A stretch of DNA of 64,000 bases. Origin: Candidatus Woesebacteria bacterium (GTDB lineage Bacteria; Patescibacteriota; Microgenomatia; UBA8517). Every line of letters starts with the position of its first letter. The stretch's first letter is position 1. Shown one piece after another: positions 49,439 through 58,847 of this stretch. The stretch lies in the NCBI GenBank assembly GCA_013374835.1, contig CP055307.1:74447-138446 (forward strand). The letters run 5' to 3'. The notes below the pieces were generated by a model. It saw only the letters and a program-made list of their open reading frames with translations. It had not been told where the DNA came from and ran no database searches. A program made the position numbers and the translations under genes.

Positions 49439-50416
49439 ATGCACGATCAATTTTCAACATTCGAACAGCATCCGGTGCCACAAAACATCAGTTCATACCA
49501 GTTTAGGCTCATAGGAGACATGACCATCAAGCAATTCTTTCAGCTTGCAGGCGGGGCTTTAATTGCGCTTCTTTTTTACGCCTCCCCTTTCCCGGGTTTT
49601 ATCAAATGGCCGCTTATCATCTTTTTTGCACTGGCAGGAGCAGCCTTTGCCTTCCTTCCTCTTGAAGAACGTCCACTAGAAGAATGGGTAAAAGCATTTT
49701 TCCGATCCGTTTATTCACCTACAATCTATGTCTGGCAAAAAACACAAACCCCCCCCATTATTTTCGCCCAACAAGTAGCTCCAGTAGCAACCGAAGAAAA
49801 CGCACAAGAATCGGGTCAGCCACAAGACCCCGCCCAATCAAACCTTGATAAAGCAGAAAAAAAATTCTTTGACAAATTCACAAATCTTTTTTCAATATCC
49901 CCAGCAAGCCCACCCAAACAAACGGTCTCAATCCCACCCCAGCCAGTCAGCAACCCACCACAGCCAGAAACAACAACCGTTTCCATTAATGCACACCAAG
50001 GGTCAAAACCCAGCTTTAATATAAGCGTAAACGAAAACGAAAAAATAGCGACAAAAAACGCACCACAAACACTCATTGCACAACAAATCCAAAAAGCCCA
50101 AGCCGCACAATTTAGCCCGGAGTCAGCACCGCCCACCCCCCCAACACAGCCCAATATAGTTGTTGGCCAAACAATAAGCACCGAAGGAAAAATTATAGAA
50201 GGTGTAATACTCGAAATAAAAGACGCTCAAGGCCGTCCAGTACGCGCCCTCAAAAGCAACAAAGCAGGACACTTCCTAATAGTCACACCACTAAATAACG
50301 GCAAATATCAAATTACAGCCGAAAAGGAAGGCTTTGCATTCGACCCGATTGAAATAGAGGCAAACGGACAAATCATTCAACCTATCGCCATAAAAGCAAG
50401 GTCTCAACCAAACTAA
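49439..50416 (+). CDS. VirB3/PrgI-like small membrane module fused to a Pro/Gln-rich linker and a carboxypeptidase-regulatory-like beta-sandwich domain
   Basis: N-terminal ~100 aa with two TM helices directly upstream of VirB4. C-terminal GKIIEGVILEIKDAQGRPVRALKSNKAGHFLI...YQITAEKEGF, a transthyretin-like fold. Confidence 0.4.
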   Translation: MHDQFSTFEQHPVPQNISSYQFRLIGDMTIKQFFQLAGGALIALLFYASPFPGFIKWPLIIFFALAGAAFAFLPLEERPLEEWVKAFFRSVYSPTIYVWQKTQTPPIIFAQQVAPVATEENAQESGQPQDPAQSNLDKAEKKFFDKFTNLFSISPASPPKQTVSIPPQPVSNPPQPETTTVSINAHQGSKPSFNISVNENEKIATKNAPQTLIAQQIQKAQAAQFSPESAPPTPPTQPNIVVGQTISTEGKIIEGVILEIKDAQGRPVRALKSNKAGHFLIVTPLNNGKYQITAEKEGFAFDPIEIEANGQIIQPIAIKARSQPN

Positions 50417-50417
50417 A

Positions 50418-51119
50418 ATGCAAAATCCCATCAAAAAAATACCGCTCCTAAACATTCCGGACAAGCCCCTTGTCGGCACAACTCAAGATCACATTCCCGT
50501 TGCTGAAATTGAAAACGACATGGTTCTTCTCAAAGACGGTGGTGCGGCAATAATTCTAGAAACCACATCCCTTAACTTCGGACTTCTGTCTGAACGCGAA
50601 CAAGAAGCAGTAGTTGCAGCTTTTGCGGCACTCATCAATAGCCTTAGTTTTCCAATCCAGATTTTGGTAAGAACCGAAAAAAAAGACGTATCAAAATATC
50701 TTAAATCAATAGAAGAACATCTTCCAAATGTAAAAAGCGAAAAACTAAAAGGATTAATGATCGGCTATAAAAATTTCATCTCAGAAACCATAAAGAAAAA
50801 AAATGTGCTTGGAAAAAGGTTTTTTATAGTAATTCCCTTCTCTCCATTTGAATTAGGCGTTAATGCCAAATCGCTGTTGGATTTCAAAAAAAAGAAAAGG
50901 ACAATACCATACTCCAAGGAATACGTTATCAAAAAAATCCAAACCTCTCTCTACCCCAAAAGAGATCATTTAATCAGACAGGGCACCCGCCTAGGTTTAA
51001 AAATGCGACAACTAAACAACGAAGAAATAATTAAACTTTACTACAATATCTATAATCCCGATTTCGAAGCCATACAAGTAAAAGAAAAGGAGGAGGAAAT
51101 CAAAAATGAATCTATTTAA
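50418..51119 (+). CDS. VirB4/TraE-type ATPase, N-terminal domain encoded as a separate ORF
   Basis: IPVAEIENDMVLLKDGGAAIILETTSLNFGLLSEREQEAVVAAFAALINSLSFPIQILVRT matches the N-terminus of Gram-positive VirB4 homologs. 14-nt overlap with the next ORF. Confidence 0.55.
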   Translation: MQNPIKKIPLLNIPDKPLVGTTQDHIPVAEIENDMVLLKDGGAAIILETTSLNFGLLSEREQEAVVAAFAALINSLSFPIQILVRTEKKDVSKYLKSIEEHLPNVKSEKLKGLMIGYKNFISETIKKKNVLGKRFFIVIPFSPFELGVNAKSLLDFKKKKRTIPYSKEYVIKKIQTSLYPKRDHLIRQGTRLGLKMRQLNNEEIIKLYYNIYNPDFEAIQVKEKEEEIKNESI

Positions 51120-53016
51120 AGCCAGAGACAACATAAATCAAAAACACACAAATACCCAAATGCTAAATCCCAAAATTCCCGCCCCAACAAATCAAGGTCA
51201 AGAGGTTCGAAAGCAAAAATTTGCCGATCCCATAGCAGCGCTCAAAGAAATGCCGCTTCTTGACGTCCTTGCTCCAAACAAAATAGAGCTTGATTTCGAT
51301 TATATAGAAATAGACGGAGTATATTTCAGAACACTTTTTGTTGCAGGATACCCGCGCTTTGTCGTCCCCGGATGGATGGAGCCGATCATAAATTTCGACC
51401 ACAGCCTTGATATTTCATTCTTTATTTATCCTGTCGAGGGAAGAACAATCCTCGATGAATTAAGAAGAAAAATCACAGAAATGGAGGCTGAAATTGCAAC
51501 AGACATCCAAAGAGGAAAAATAATAAACCCAGCAACCGAAGCAAAACTGGAAGACGCCAAAATGCTTCAAGAACAGCTCGTTAGAGGAGCCGAGCGCTTC
51601 TTCGAATATTCTTTCTATATTACAATCCCGGCAACTTCTCTCGAAGCCTTAAATAGCATCACAAAAAGAGTAGAATCCACCTTATCCTCTCTTTTAATCG
51701 TTGCAAAACACGCTGCCCTTGATCACGAAAGAGGTTTTCTCTCAACAGCGCCCTTTGGCCGCGATATGCTTTCAATAACAAGAAACATGGACACAACATC
51801 TCTTGCCACCACCTTTCCGTTTACAACAGCCGAGCTAAGTAGCGACGAAGGAATTTTATACGGAATAAACTCTCAAAACGAGTCGTTTATTATATTCGAC
51901 CGATTCACTCTTGAAAATTCAAACATGACCGTTTTTGCTACTTCAGGCGCAGGAAAAAGCTTTTTCGTAAAACTAGAATCTCTTCGCTCTTTGATGTTCG
52001 GCACAGAAATAATAGTAATAGATCCGGAAAACGAATATCAAACACTCTGTGAAGCCGTAGGAGGAGAGTATATTAAATTCTCATACTCAAGCCCCTCAAA
52101 AATAAATCCGTTTGATCTCGCTCAAATATACGAAAAAGGCGAAAACCAGCTAAATCTCAAGCTTCTGTCTCTTCATTCATTGTTCAAAATAATAATGGGT
52201 GAATTAAACGCATCCCAAGAAGCCCTTCTTGATAGAGCTCTTATAAACGCCTACCGCGCAAAAGGCATTACTCCCGATCCCGAAACACAAACCAAAGAAC
52301 CGCCTCTTATTGAAGACCTCTATAAAGCTCTTATTGGAATGGAAACCTCTGAAGCCCTAGACCTCGCCGCACGCATTGAAAAATTTGTAAGAGGAAGCTA
52401 CGCGGGCGTCTTTGACAAACACACAAACATAGATATAAAAAATCCCTTCACCGTCTTTTCAATTAGAGATATTGAAGACAGCATCCGCCCAATATCAATG
52501 TTTATAATTCTTGACTTCATCTGGACAAAAATAAGACGCAACATAAAAAAACGCATCCTTGTTGTTGACGAGGCTTGGCACATGATGCGCTATCCTGATA
52601 CTGCTCAATTTCTCTGGTCTATTGTCAAAAGAGCCCGTAAATACTATCTTGGCCTGACAACAATCACCCAAGATGTTGAAGATTTTCTAGCCCAAGACAT
52701 TGGCAAAGCAGTAGTCACAAACTCAGCTCTAAGGCTCCTTCTCAAACAAAGCCCGGCTGCAATAGACAAGGTTTCGGAAACATTCTACTTATCACAGGGC
52801 GAAAAACAGCTCCTTCTCGGTGCAAATATAGGCGAAGGTATCCTCTTCGCAGGCCCCCACCATGCACCAATAAGAATTGTCGCATCAAACGAAGAGTATC
52901 GATTAATAACAACTAATCCAAAAGACCTTGAGAAAAATCCAGCCTCACCCGAGCTTACACCGGTCGAGTCTGCAAAAATCATAGGCTATTCAAAAGAAGA
53001 AGGAAATATTGTCTAA
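51106..53016 (+). CDS. VirB4/TraE/CagE-type T4SS ATPase (core and ATPase domains)
   Basis: Walker A FATSGAGKSFF. VIDPENEY. Walker B ILVVDEAWHMM. Perfect SD AAGGAGGAGG 8 nt upstream, inside the preceding ORF. Confidence 0.75.
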   Translation: MNLFKARDNINQKHTNTQMLNPKIPAPTNQGQEVRKQKFADPIAALKEMPLLDVLAPNKIELDFDYIEIDGVYFRTLFVAGYPRFVVPGWMEPIINFDHSLDISFFIYPVEGRTILDELRRKITEMEAEIATDIQRGKIINPATEAKLEDAKMLQEQLVRGAERFFEYSFYITIPATSLEALNSITKRVESTLSSLLIVAKHAALDHERGFLSTAPFGRDMLSITRNMDTTSLATTFPFTTAELSSDEGILYGINSQNESFIIFDRFTLENSNMTVFATSGAGKSFFVKLESLRSLMFGTEIIVIDPENEYQTLCEAVGGEYIKFSYSSPSKINPFDLAQIYEKGENQLNLKLLSLHSLFKIIMGELNASQEALLDRALINAYRAKGITPDPETQTKEPPLIEDLYKALIGMETSEALDLAARIEKFVRGSYAGVFDKHTNIDIKNPFTVFSIRDIEDSIRPISMFIILDFIWTKIRRNIKKRILVVDEAWHMMRYPDTAQFLWSIVKRARKYYLGLTTITQDVEDFLAQDIGKAVVTNSALRLLLKQSPAAIDKVSETFYLSQGEKQLLLGANIGEGILFAGPHHAPIRIVASNEEYRLITTNPKDLEKNPASPELTPVESAKIIGYSKEEGNIV

Positions 53017-53017
53017 C

Positions 53018-55381
53018 ATGGCATTTAAAATTCCAGAAAGAAAAGAAGGATTAATAAGGCTTAGGAACCAACTGCTCAAGGCAGCAGAATCCGCATCGAA
53101 AAGCAGCGCTCTTCCTATAGAACTGACAGAGCTTTTAAACAAAGCTTGGCTTATCACCAACAGCATAGATATCAATCCTGAAATTTTAAACAAACTTCCT
53201 CAATCTGCTCAAGTCGACCTTGCTATAAAGATGTCTAAAATAGCTGCCTCTCAACTTAACATTATGATAACAACCCCCTCGCTCTTTGAAATGCTGTTAG
53301 ACGAAAATAGAAAAAAAACAACATCCCCGGACCTCCAATCAGATCTAAAAGAAGCTTTAAAAAATCTCGAAAAAATCATTAAAGACCCTCAAAAATATGG
53401 TATTGACCCAAAAGAAGCACTAACCATTGCTAGCAAACTTCTTAATAACCCGGATCTTGACCCAAAAGATAAAGAAAATCTTGACGAGTTAATAAACGAG
53501 GTTCTGGAGGCAACAAAAACAGTTCAAAATATCGAAGATATCAGTTTTATTCTTTCCCCCGAGCAAAAACAAATAGAAGAAAAAATAAATATTTTTACTA
53601 ACGCCACCGATCAAGGAAAAAACGTACAAAACGAAAAACTGGAACTCGCACAAGTAGCTGGTTTAAGCTCAATACTGCTAAGCCAAAAACAAAATCTCAT
53701 TTCAAAAGCCAAAGTCTTCATAAAAACAACCTATAACTTAATGTACCAAAGACTGATTTCAAAAGGAGGTGCTGCTGCAGCCATCGCTTTTCTCGCCGAT
53801 AAAGCAATCAAAACTGTTGCAAGAGTTGCAAGCATGGCAAAAAGAGCCACTCAAGGAAATATTGGAGACTTAGCGCTACTTAGTGTTTTTTTTGCCGGTT
53901 TTTTAATAGGCGGTCCAATCGGCGCAGCACTCATGCTTTTTGCAATAAGTCCAAGGTTCAGAAAAATAGTAATAACAGGCCTTTTTATATCTCTCACACT
54001 TATCCTAACAGAAATGCTTATTGCTCTTTTGGTTATCATTATTTCTATCTCAATAATTCTTTTTATAATCAATTCAGGAGCCTATATAGTTCCCCAAGGA
54101 TCACCGCTTCAAGGAGAAGAATTAACCCAAGGTATAGTAGCATCGGGAACCTGTCCCCTAGTTTCCAGTTGTCCTAAAATCGACTCAGGCTCCTATAATC
54201 CGGAAAACGAAACGGGTCACGGAAGCAACTCTTATTGGGGTTCTGCAACAAATGCCTGTACTTATTCCATCCCCATTGACCCAATGGGGGGTTGTCTTGG
54301 CCCCGATCCTACAAACGGAAGAAATTTCTGCTCTTCTGCTCCAACAAGATGCTCTGTTTACGGATACGCTGCAGACGTGGTTGATTGCAATGGGGTTTAT
54401 GCAGACGTAGCTCTCCCCTATCTTTGTGATCCTGGAAGCGAAACGTGTAGCCCCTTAACTTGGCGCTTTATTGACGGATGGTACAACTGCCAAGGAGCAA
54501 GCGTCCCAAATAAAGCATCCTGCACAAGAGAAGGGTGGGGATATGGTGCAATCTTTGAGGCAATAGGAAACGGACACATTTGGCGCATCTACCTTAACCA
54601 CATTAGCCAACTTCCCTCGGGCAAAACTTATCAATCAGGCTCTGTAATCGCCCAGCTCACCAACGAACTCATTCCAGGACATCTCCATGTCGAGCTTAAC
54701 ATCGATGGTTTTGCAGTTAAACCGGACTTTCTCTGCTCGGGAGAAGGCTCTGGAATAACACCTCCCGTAAATACAGACCTTGAAGGTTGGTACGTCACAG
54801 TAAATCCGGAAAATCTTATAGCATCAAACCCGCTTTCAGAAAACGAGGTTGGTATTAATTCCTGTACTTGGATGAGCTCAAAAGGTCTATCTGCTGCCAT
54901 TAATGCCAATTTTTACTTAAACGCAAACACTCCAATAGGCCACGCAGGTTATAATGGCAATTTTACAAATTACCCACCAGATGAGGGTTTTTCAGCCTAC
55001 AACTTTAAAACTCTCGTTGTGACAGAGAGCAACCAAGCTCAAATTGTAAAACACTCAAACTTGCCGGACAATCTTACAGGCCAAGGTTATAAACTTGCTG
55101 TTACAGGAGTTGCATATAATAACATTACAGGTTCAGGCCCCAAAACAGTCGTTGGAATCAAAAATAATCGCGTCTATTTAATAATATTAAGAAGCGCAAC
55201 GGCAGTTCAAGTACAACAGTTTATGGAATCTGTATTGGGAGTAGACGACGGATTCTTTCTTGATAGCGGCGCATCAACAACTCTATGTAACTCAAACGGC
55301 ATAGTCTTTTCCGGCCAGAATCCACCAAGAAATATTCCCTCGCACATAGGAATTACAAGCGGTAGTTTTATCAGGTTATAA
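53018..55381 (+). CDS. membrane-anchored cell-wall hydrolase: M23 peptidase-like plus phosphodiester-glycosidase (NAGPA/DUF2233)-like domains
   Basis: Long Lys/Glu-rich cytoplasmic N-terminus, TM helices (~300-360), GHIWRIYLNH...GHLHVELN (M23 HxH), then C-terminal ...FFLDSGASTTL, like the LDGGGSS block of phosphodiester glycosidases. Start taken at ATG 53018; the track uses TTG 53009. Confidence 0.5.
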   Translation: MAFKIPERKEGLIRLRNQLLKAAESASKSSALPIELTELLNKAWLITNSIDINPEILNKLPQSAQVDLAIKMSKIAASQLNIMITTPSLFEMLLDENRKKTTSPDLQSDLKEALKNLEKIIKDPQKYGIDPKEALTIASKLLNNPDLDPKDKENLDELINEVLEATKTVQNIEDISFILSPEQKQIEEKINIFTNATDQGKNVQNEKLELAQVAGLSSILLSQKQNLISKAKVFIKTTYNLMYQRLISKGGAAAAIAFLADKAIKTVARVASMAKRATQGNIGDLALLSVFFAGFLIGGPIGAALMLFAISPRFRKIVITGLFISLTLILTEMLIALLVIIISISIILFIINSGAYIVPQGSPLQGEELTQGIVASGTCPLVSSCPKIDSGSYNPENETGHGSNSYWGSATNACTYSIPIDPMGGCLGPDPTNGRNFCSSAPTRCSVYGYAADVVDCNGVYADVALPYLCDPGSETCSPLTWRFIDGWYNCQGASVPNKASCTREGWGYGAIFEAIGNGHIWRIYLNHISQLPSGKTYQSGSVIAQLTNELIPGHLHVELNIDGFAVKPDFLCSGEGSGITPPVNTDLEGWYVTVNPENLIASNPLSENEVGINSCTWMSSKGLSAAINANFYLNANTPIGHAGYNGNFTNYPPDEGFSAYNFKTLVVTESNQAQIVKHSNLPDNLTGQGYKLAVTGVAYNNITGSGPKTVVGIKNNRVYLIILRSATAVQVQQFMESVLGVDDGFFLDSGASTTLCNSNGIVFSGQNPPRNIPSHIGITSGSFIRL

Positions 55382-55389
55382 TAAAAGAG

Positions 55390-55896
55390 ATGAAAAATTT
55401 TATTTTACAGATAATTCAAAAGCGCGCTAAACTGCTTGTATTCCTAATATTTCTAATTTCTTTGGTTTTACTAATTACCCTACTATCAAATCGTCCAAAA
55501 GAATCTCCTACAACAAGCGCTCCCCCCACTTCAGCGTCTATTTCAATTGAATACGGCGACCTCCCAATGCCTCAAATATTTCCTAAATCCGGCAAATTAA
55601 ACTGGGGAGAAACAAAAAACGCAATAACACTTAAATTCGATAAAACAATCAACAAATCAAGCGTTCAAATAAGCTCTCAGCCTCCAAAAAATTTCAAAAT
55701 ATCCACGCTTCCTGATGATCTCGGAAGGATTATTATCACTCCCCTAACACCATGGGAAACTGGAAAAACTTATAAAATTACGATTTTTAAAGGCATAAAA
55801 ACCGCCTTGCAAGAACCTTTAATGCTTAAAGAGGATATAAATCTCGAGTATGAAATACTTTCTCCAACAAGGCCAAACTACGACAGACCAGCCTAA
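55390..55896 (+). CDS. small bitopic membrane protein with an Ig-like extracytoplasmic domain
   Basis: N-terminal TM LLVFLIFLISLVLLITLL, then a Ser/Thr/Pro linker. Last gene of the locus. Confidence 0.35.
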   Translation: MKNFILQIIQKRAKLLVFLIFLISLVLLITLLSNRPKESPTTSAPPTSASISIEYGDLPMPQIFPKSGKLNWGETKNAITLKFDKTINKSSVQISSQPPKNFKISTLPDDLGRIIITPLTPWETGKTYKITIFKGIKTALQEPLMLKEDINLEYEILSPTRPNYDRPA

Positions 55897-55904
55897 CCCA
55901 AATA

Positions 55905-57008
55905 TTACTCTTGAGTCTTTACAGGCATAATAATATGATAAAAATTGTTGCTTTGCCCATCCCTAAAAACCCCGGGAGAAATAGAATCAGTAAATTCCAT
56001 AATAACCTCATCCCCATCAACCACATTCAAAAAATCCTCAATAAAACGATAATTATAAGTAATTTCAACTTCCCCACCCTCAACTTTCGCATCTATTTTA
56101 ATATTTTGGCTTCCCGACCGTGAACTCTCGGAAGAAAGCCCAATTCCCTCATCTAAAACTTTCAATTTAACAGTATTAGCACTATCACGAGCAAAAACAG
56201 AAGCAAGCTTAATAGCTCTTAACAAATCTTCTTTTGAAACAATTGCTTTTACGTTGTAACTTTTAGGGACTATTTTTTCAAAATCAGGGAAATCGCCTTC
56301 AATCAACCTACTGGAAAAGATATTTCCATCAAAACCAAACAACACCTGGTTATCACCACTTCTGTACTCAAAATCAAGCATTTCTTCAACGTCTCTAAAA
56401 CGGGAAATTTCAGCCAAAATGTTCCTAGGAACTATAAATTTACATGGCTTTACTTTTTCTCCCAATAAAAACTTGACAGATGACAACCTAAATCCATCAG
56501 ATGAAACAAGAAGAAGACTATCTCCTTGAAAAACAAACAAAACCCCCGTTAAAATAGGTCTGGTTTCGTCTCGAGACACACTAAAAAGCACTTTACCCAA
56601 CATATCTGAAAATTTCTCAAAATTAATTTTTTTAACGTCCCTGCCGATTTTTTCTGGAATACTAGGAAAATCTGAAGTGTTCATTCCTGCTAAATTTGCA
56701 TAAAAAGCATTCGAGGTTACTAAAAGCGTTTCATTCCTAGATTCCAAGGCTACCGTCTCATAAGCTAAATTTAAAAGTATTTCAGAAAAATTTCTGGCAG
56801 GTACTGCAATATCCCCTTCTTTACTTATTTTTGCAGCAATAGATCCGCAAAAAGAATTTTCAAGATTAGTTGCCATAACATAAATTTTATTTTTGGATGT
56901 TTTAATAACGCTATTTTCAAGTATCGGAAGCTGCGACCTTGTTGAGGTAAATCTAGTAGCAATACTCAAAATTTTTGAAAGTTCATTTCTTAAAACAATC
57001 GCCTTCAT
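55905..57008 (-). CDS. dnaN: DNA polymerase III beta sliding clamp DnaN
   Basis: 367 aa. Three-domain clamp pattern. Position immediately downstream of dnaA. Confidence 0.85.
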   Translation of the reverse strand: MKAIVLRNELSKILSIATRFTSTRSQLPILENSVIKTSKNKIYVMATNLENSFCGSIAAKISKEGDIAVPARNFSEILLNLAYETVALESRNETLLVTSNAFYANLAGMNTSDFPSIPEKIGRDVKKINFEKFSDMLGKVLFSVSRDETRPILTGVLFVFQGDSLLLVSSDGFRLSSVKFLLGEKVKPCKFIVPRNILAEISRFRDVEEMLDFEYRSGDNQVLFGFDGNIFSSRLIEGDFPDFEKIVPKSYNVKAIVSKEDLLRAIKLASVFARDSANTVKLKVLDEGIGLSSESSRSGSQNIKIDAKVEGGEVEITYNYRFIEDFLNVVDGDEVIMEFTDSISPGVFRDGQSNNFYHIIMPVKTQE

Positions 57009-57224
57009 TACTAAAAATTATATTTAAGTTTTATTTTTTTTCAATTCTTAATATTAATTAGTAATAGTAGTAGTAGTTATTGTTGATATGTTAATTTATC
57101 TTGCCTATTTAAGTTAAAAATCCATTGTTAATATTAAGTATGAAAAAATGTAAATAAAAATGTGAATAAAATTATTATTTTTGTGGATAAGTTGATAAAT
57201 AAATATTTTATCAATAACTTATCC
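57009..57224. promoter_or_regulatory. candidate oriC / DNA-unwinding element (dnaA-dnaN intergenic)
   Basis: Very AT-rich. (TAG)x4 repeat at 57065-57076. Perfect DnaA box TTATCCACA (revcomp at 57182-57190). One-mismatch boxes TTATCCTCA at 57219-57227 and 57250-57258. Confidence 0.6.
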
Positions 57225-58592
57225 TCAAAAAATATTTTTTATCTGCAAAATATCCTCACGAATTTGTTTATCAATCGAGGCTAAATTAGTTATTTTATCC
57301 ACAGCATGTATTACCGTTGAATGATCCCTTCCTCCAAGAATTCTTCCGATTTCTTCCAAAGGAAGCCCAAGCTCAGTTCTTAGAATATACATTAGAACTT
57401 GTCTCGGTCTGGCTATCATTCTGGCCCGTGCTTTACCCGTCATCGCTCTTTTGCTAATCGAAAAATGGTTACATACAGCCTCAATTACTTCATCCGGAGA
57501 CTTAATTTTTGTGTCTATTCCACTATCTTTCTTTCCAAGAAGATTTTTTACAAAATCCTCTGTTAGCTCAGCGTGTTTTAGATTGACTTCGGACGAAAGT
57601 CTGATTAAAAAGCCCTCTATTTTTCTAGCAGTATCTATGTTTCCGGCAATAAGATGAATTATCTCGGTAGGCAAAGAAATTCCCTTTTCCGAAGCTTTAA
57701 TCTGGGTAATTGCACACCTTAATTCAAAATCGGGTTGTCCAATATCAACAATAAGCCCTGCTTCAAAGCGGCTTTTTAGACGCTCTTCAAGTCTTGGGAT
57801 ATCGCTTGGTGGCTTATCGGAGGTGAGAATAATCTGACCTCCGGCTCCGGTTACGGCGTTAAAAGTATGGAAAAATTCATCCTGTACGGCGTCTTTTCCT
57901 GCAATAAATTGAATATCATCAATAAATAAAGCATCAAGCCTTCTATATTTATTTCTGAACGATTGTGTTGTTTTGTTTCTAATACCCTCTACAATGTCGT
58001 TTGTAAAATCTTCTCCAGTACAAACAACTATTTTTGTATTAATGTTTTTCTCAATCAGTTTATGTCCAACAGCGTGCATCAAGTGTGTTTTTCCAACTCC
58101 CACACCTCCCCAAATAAAAAGCGGATTATAAGCACTTCCCGGCCTAGAAGCTACGGCCTCGGCAGCGGCATGTGCCATCTGGTTTGATCCTGAAACTGCA
58201 AAATTAGAAAAAGTAAACCCGGCACGGATATTAAGCGAAGCGGCTTTTTCAATGCGTCTCTGGTTTATATCATTTTTTTCAAAAAGAGGTGTAGCAAAAG
58301 AATCTTCTTTACTCGACAGCTTGGACTGTTGTTTAACCACAAAATTGATATTAACCGGTGCATCGAGGCTTTCGGAAAGAGAATCTTGAATTAAGCCGAA
58401 ATACCTGGTTTCAAGCGTAGTCTTAATAAAAGAAGATGCGCACCCAATTTTTGCATTAAACCTGCCGTTTGTTTTTTTTATATCTATCAAGCTTGTTTGC
58501 GATAACCAAGTTGAATATATTGCCGGCGAAACAGAAAGTCTCAAACTGCCAAGCATTTCTCTCCACAATTTATTCTTGTCAAGATTCGTCAT
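57225..58592 (-). CDS. dnaA: chromosomal replication initiator DnaA
   Basis: AAA+ Walker A GGVGVGKTHL. Domain IV HTH ...GGRDHSTVIHA. Confidence 0.9.
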   Translation of the reverse strand: MTNLDKNKLWREMLGSLRLSVSPAIYSTWLSQTSLIDIKKTNGRFNAKIGCASSFIKTTLETRYFGLIQDSLSESLDAPVNINFVVKQQSKLSSKEDSFATPLFEKNDINQRRIEKAASLNIRAGFTFSNFAVSGSNQMAHAAAEAVASRPGSAYNPLFIWGGVGVGKTHLMHAVGHKLIEKNINTKIVVCTGEDFTNDIVEGIRNKTTQSFRNKYRRLDALFIDDIQFIAGKDAVQDEFFHTFNAVTGAGGQIILTSDKPPSDIPRLEERLKSRFEAGLIVDIGQPDFELRCAITQIKASEKGISLPTEIIHLIAGNIDTARKIEGFLIRLSSEVNLKHAELTEDFVKNLLGKKDSGIDTKIKSPDEVIEAVCNHFSISKRAMTGKARARMIARPRQVLMYILRTELGLPLEEIGRILGGRDHSTVIHAVDKITNLASIDKQIREDILQIKNIF

Positions 58593-58613
58593 TGATAGCC
58601 TTAAACTAATAAG

Positions 58614-58622
58614 TTATCCACA
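58614..58622 (+). promoter_or_regulatory. perfect DnaA box (TTATCCACA) in the dnaA upstream region
   Basis: Exact 9-mer 22 nt upstream of the dnaA start codon. Confidence 0.55.
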
Positions 58623-58706
58623 TTTCGTCAACCCTTAAAAAACACGAAACGTAAAAATTAATCCGTTGTAAAAACAAAAAACTTTTGTGTTATAATCTCA
58701 TTTGAT

Positions 58707-58844
58707 ATGCCAAAAAGAACCTATCAGCCAAGTAAAATTAAAAAAGCTAGAAAATTCGGTTATCGCGCAAGAACTAAAACAAAAAAGGGAGTTAAAATCC
58801 TCCAAAGAAGAAAACTTAAAGGAAGAAAAAGACTTACCCATTAA
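58707..58844 (+). CDS. rpmH: 50S ribosomal protein L34
   Basis: [45 protein letters not shown]. Missed by the ORF track because it is under 60 aa. Confidence 0.9.
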   Translation: MPKRTYQPSKIKKARKFGYRARTKTKKGVKILQRRKLKGRKRLTH

Positions 58845-58847
58845 ACC

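Noticed and set aside
57062-57076. (TAG)x4 tandem repeat considered as a CRISPR or other repeat element.
   Set aside because: It is too short, with no spacers. It lies in the AT-rich oriC spacer. No CRISPR-like arrays were seen anywhere in the window.
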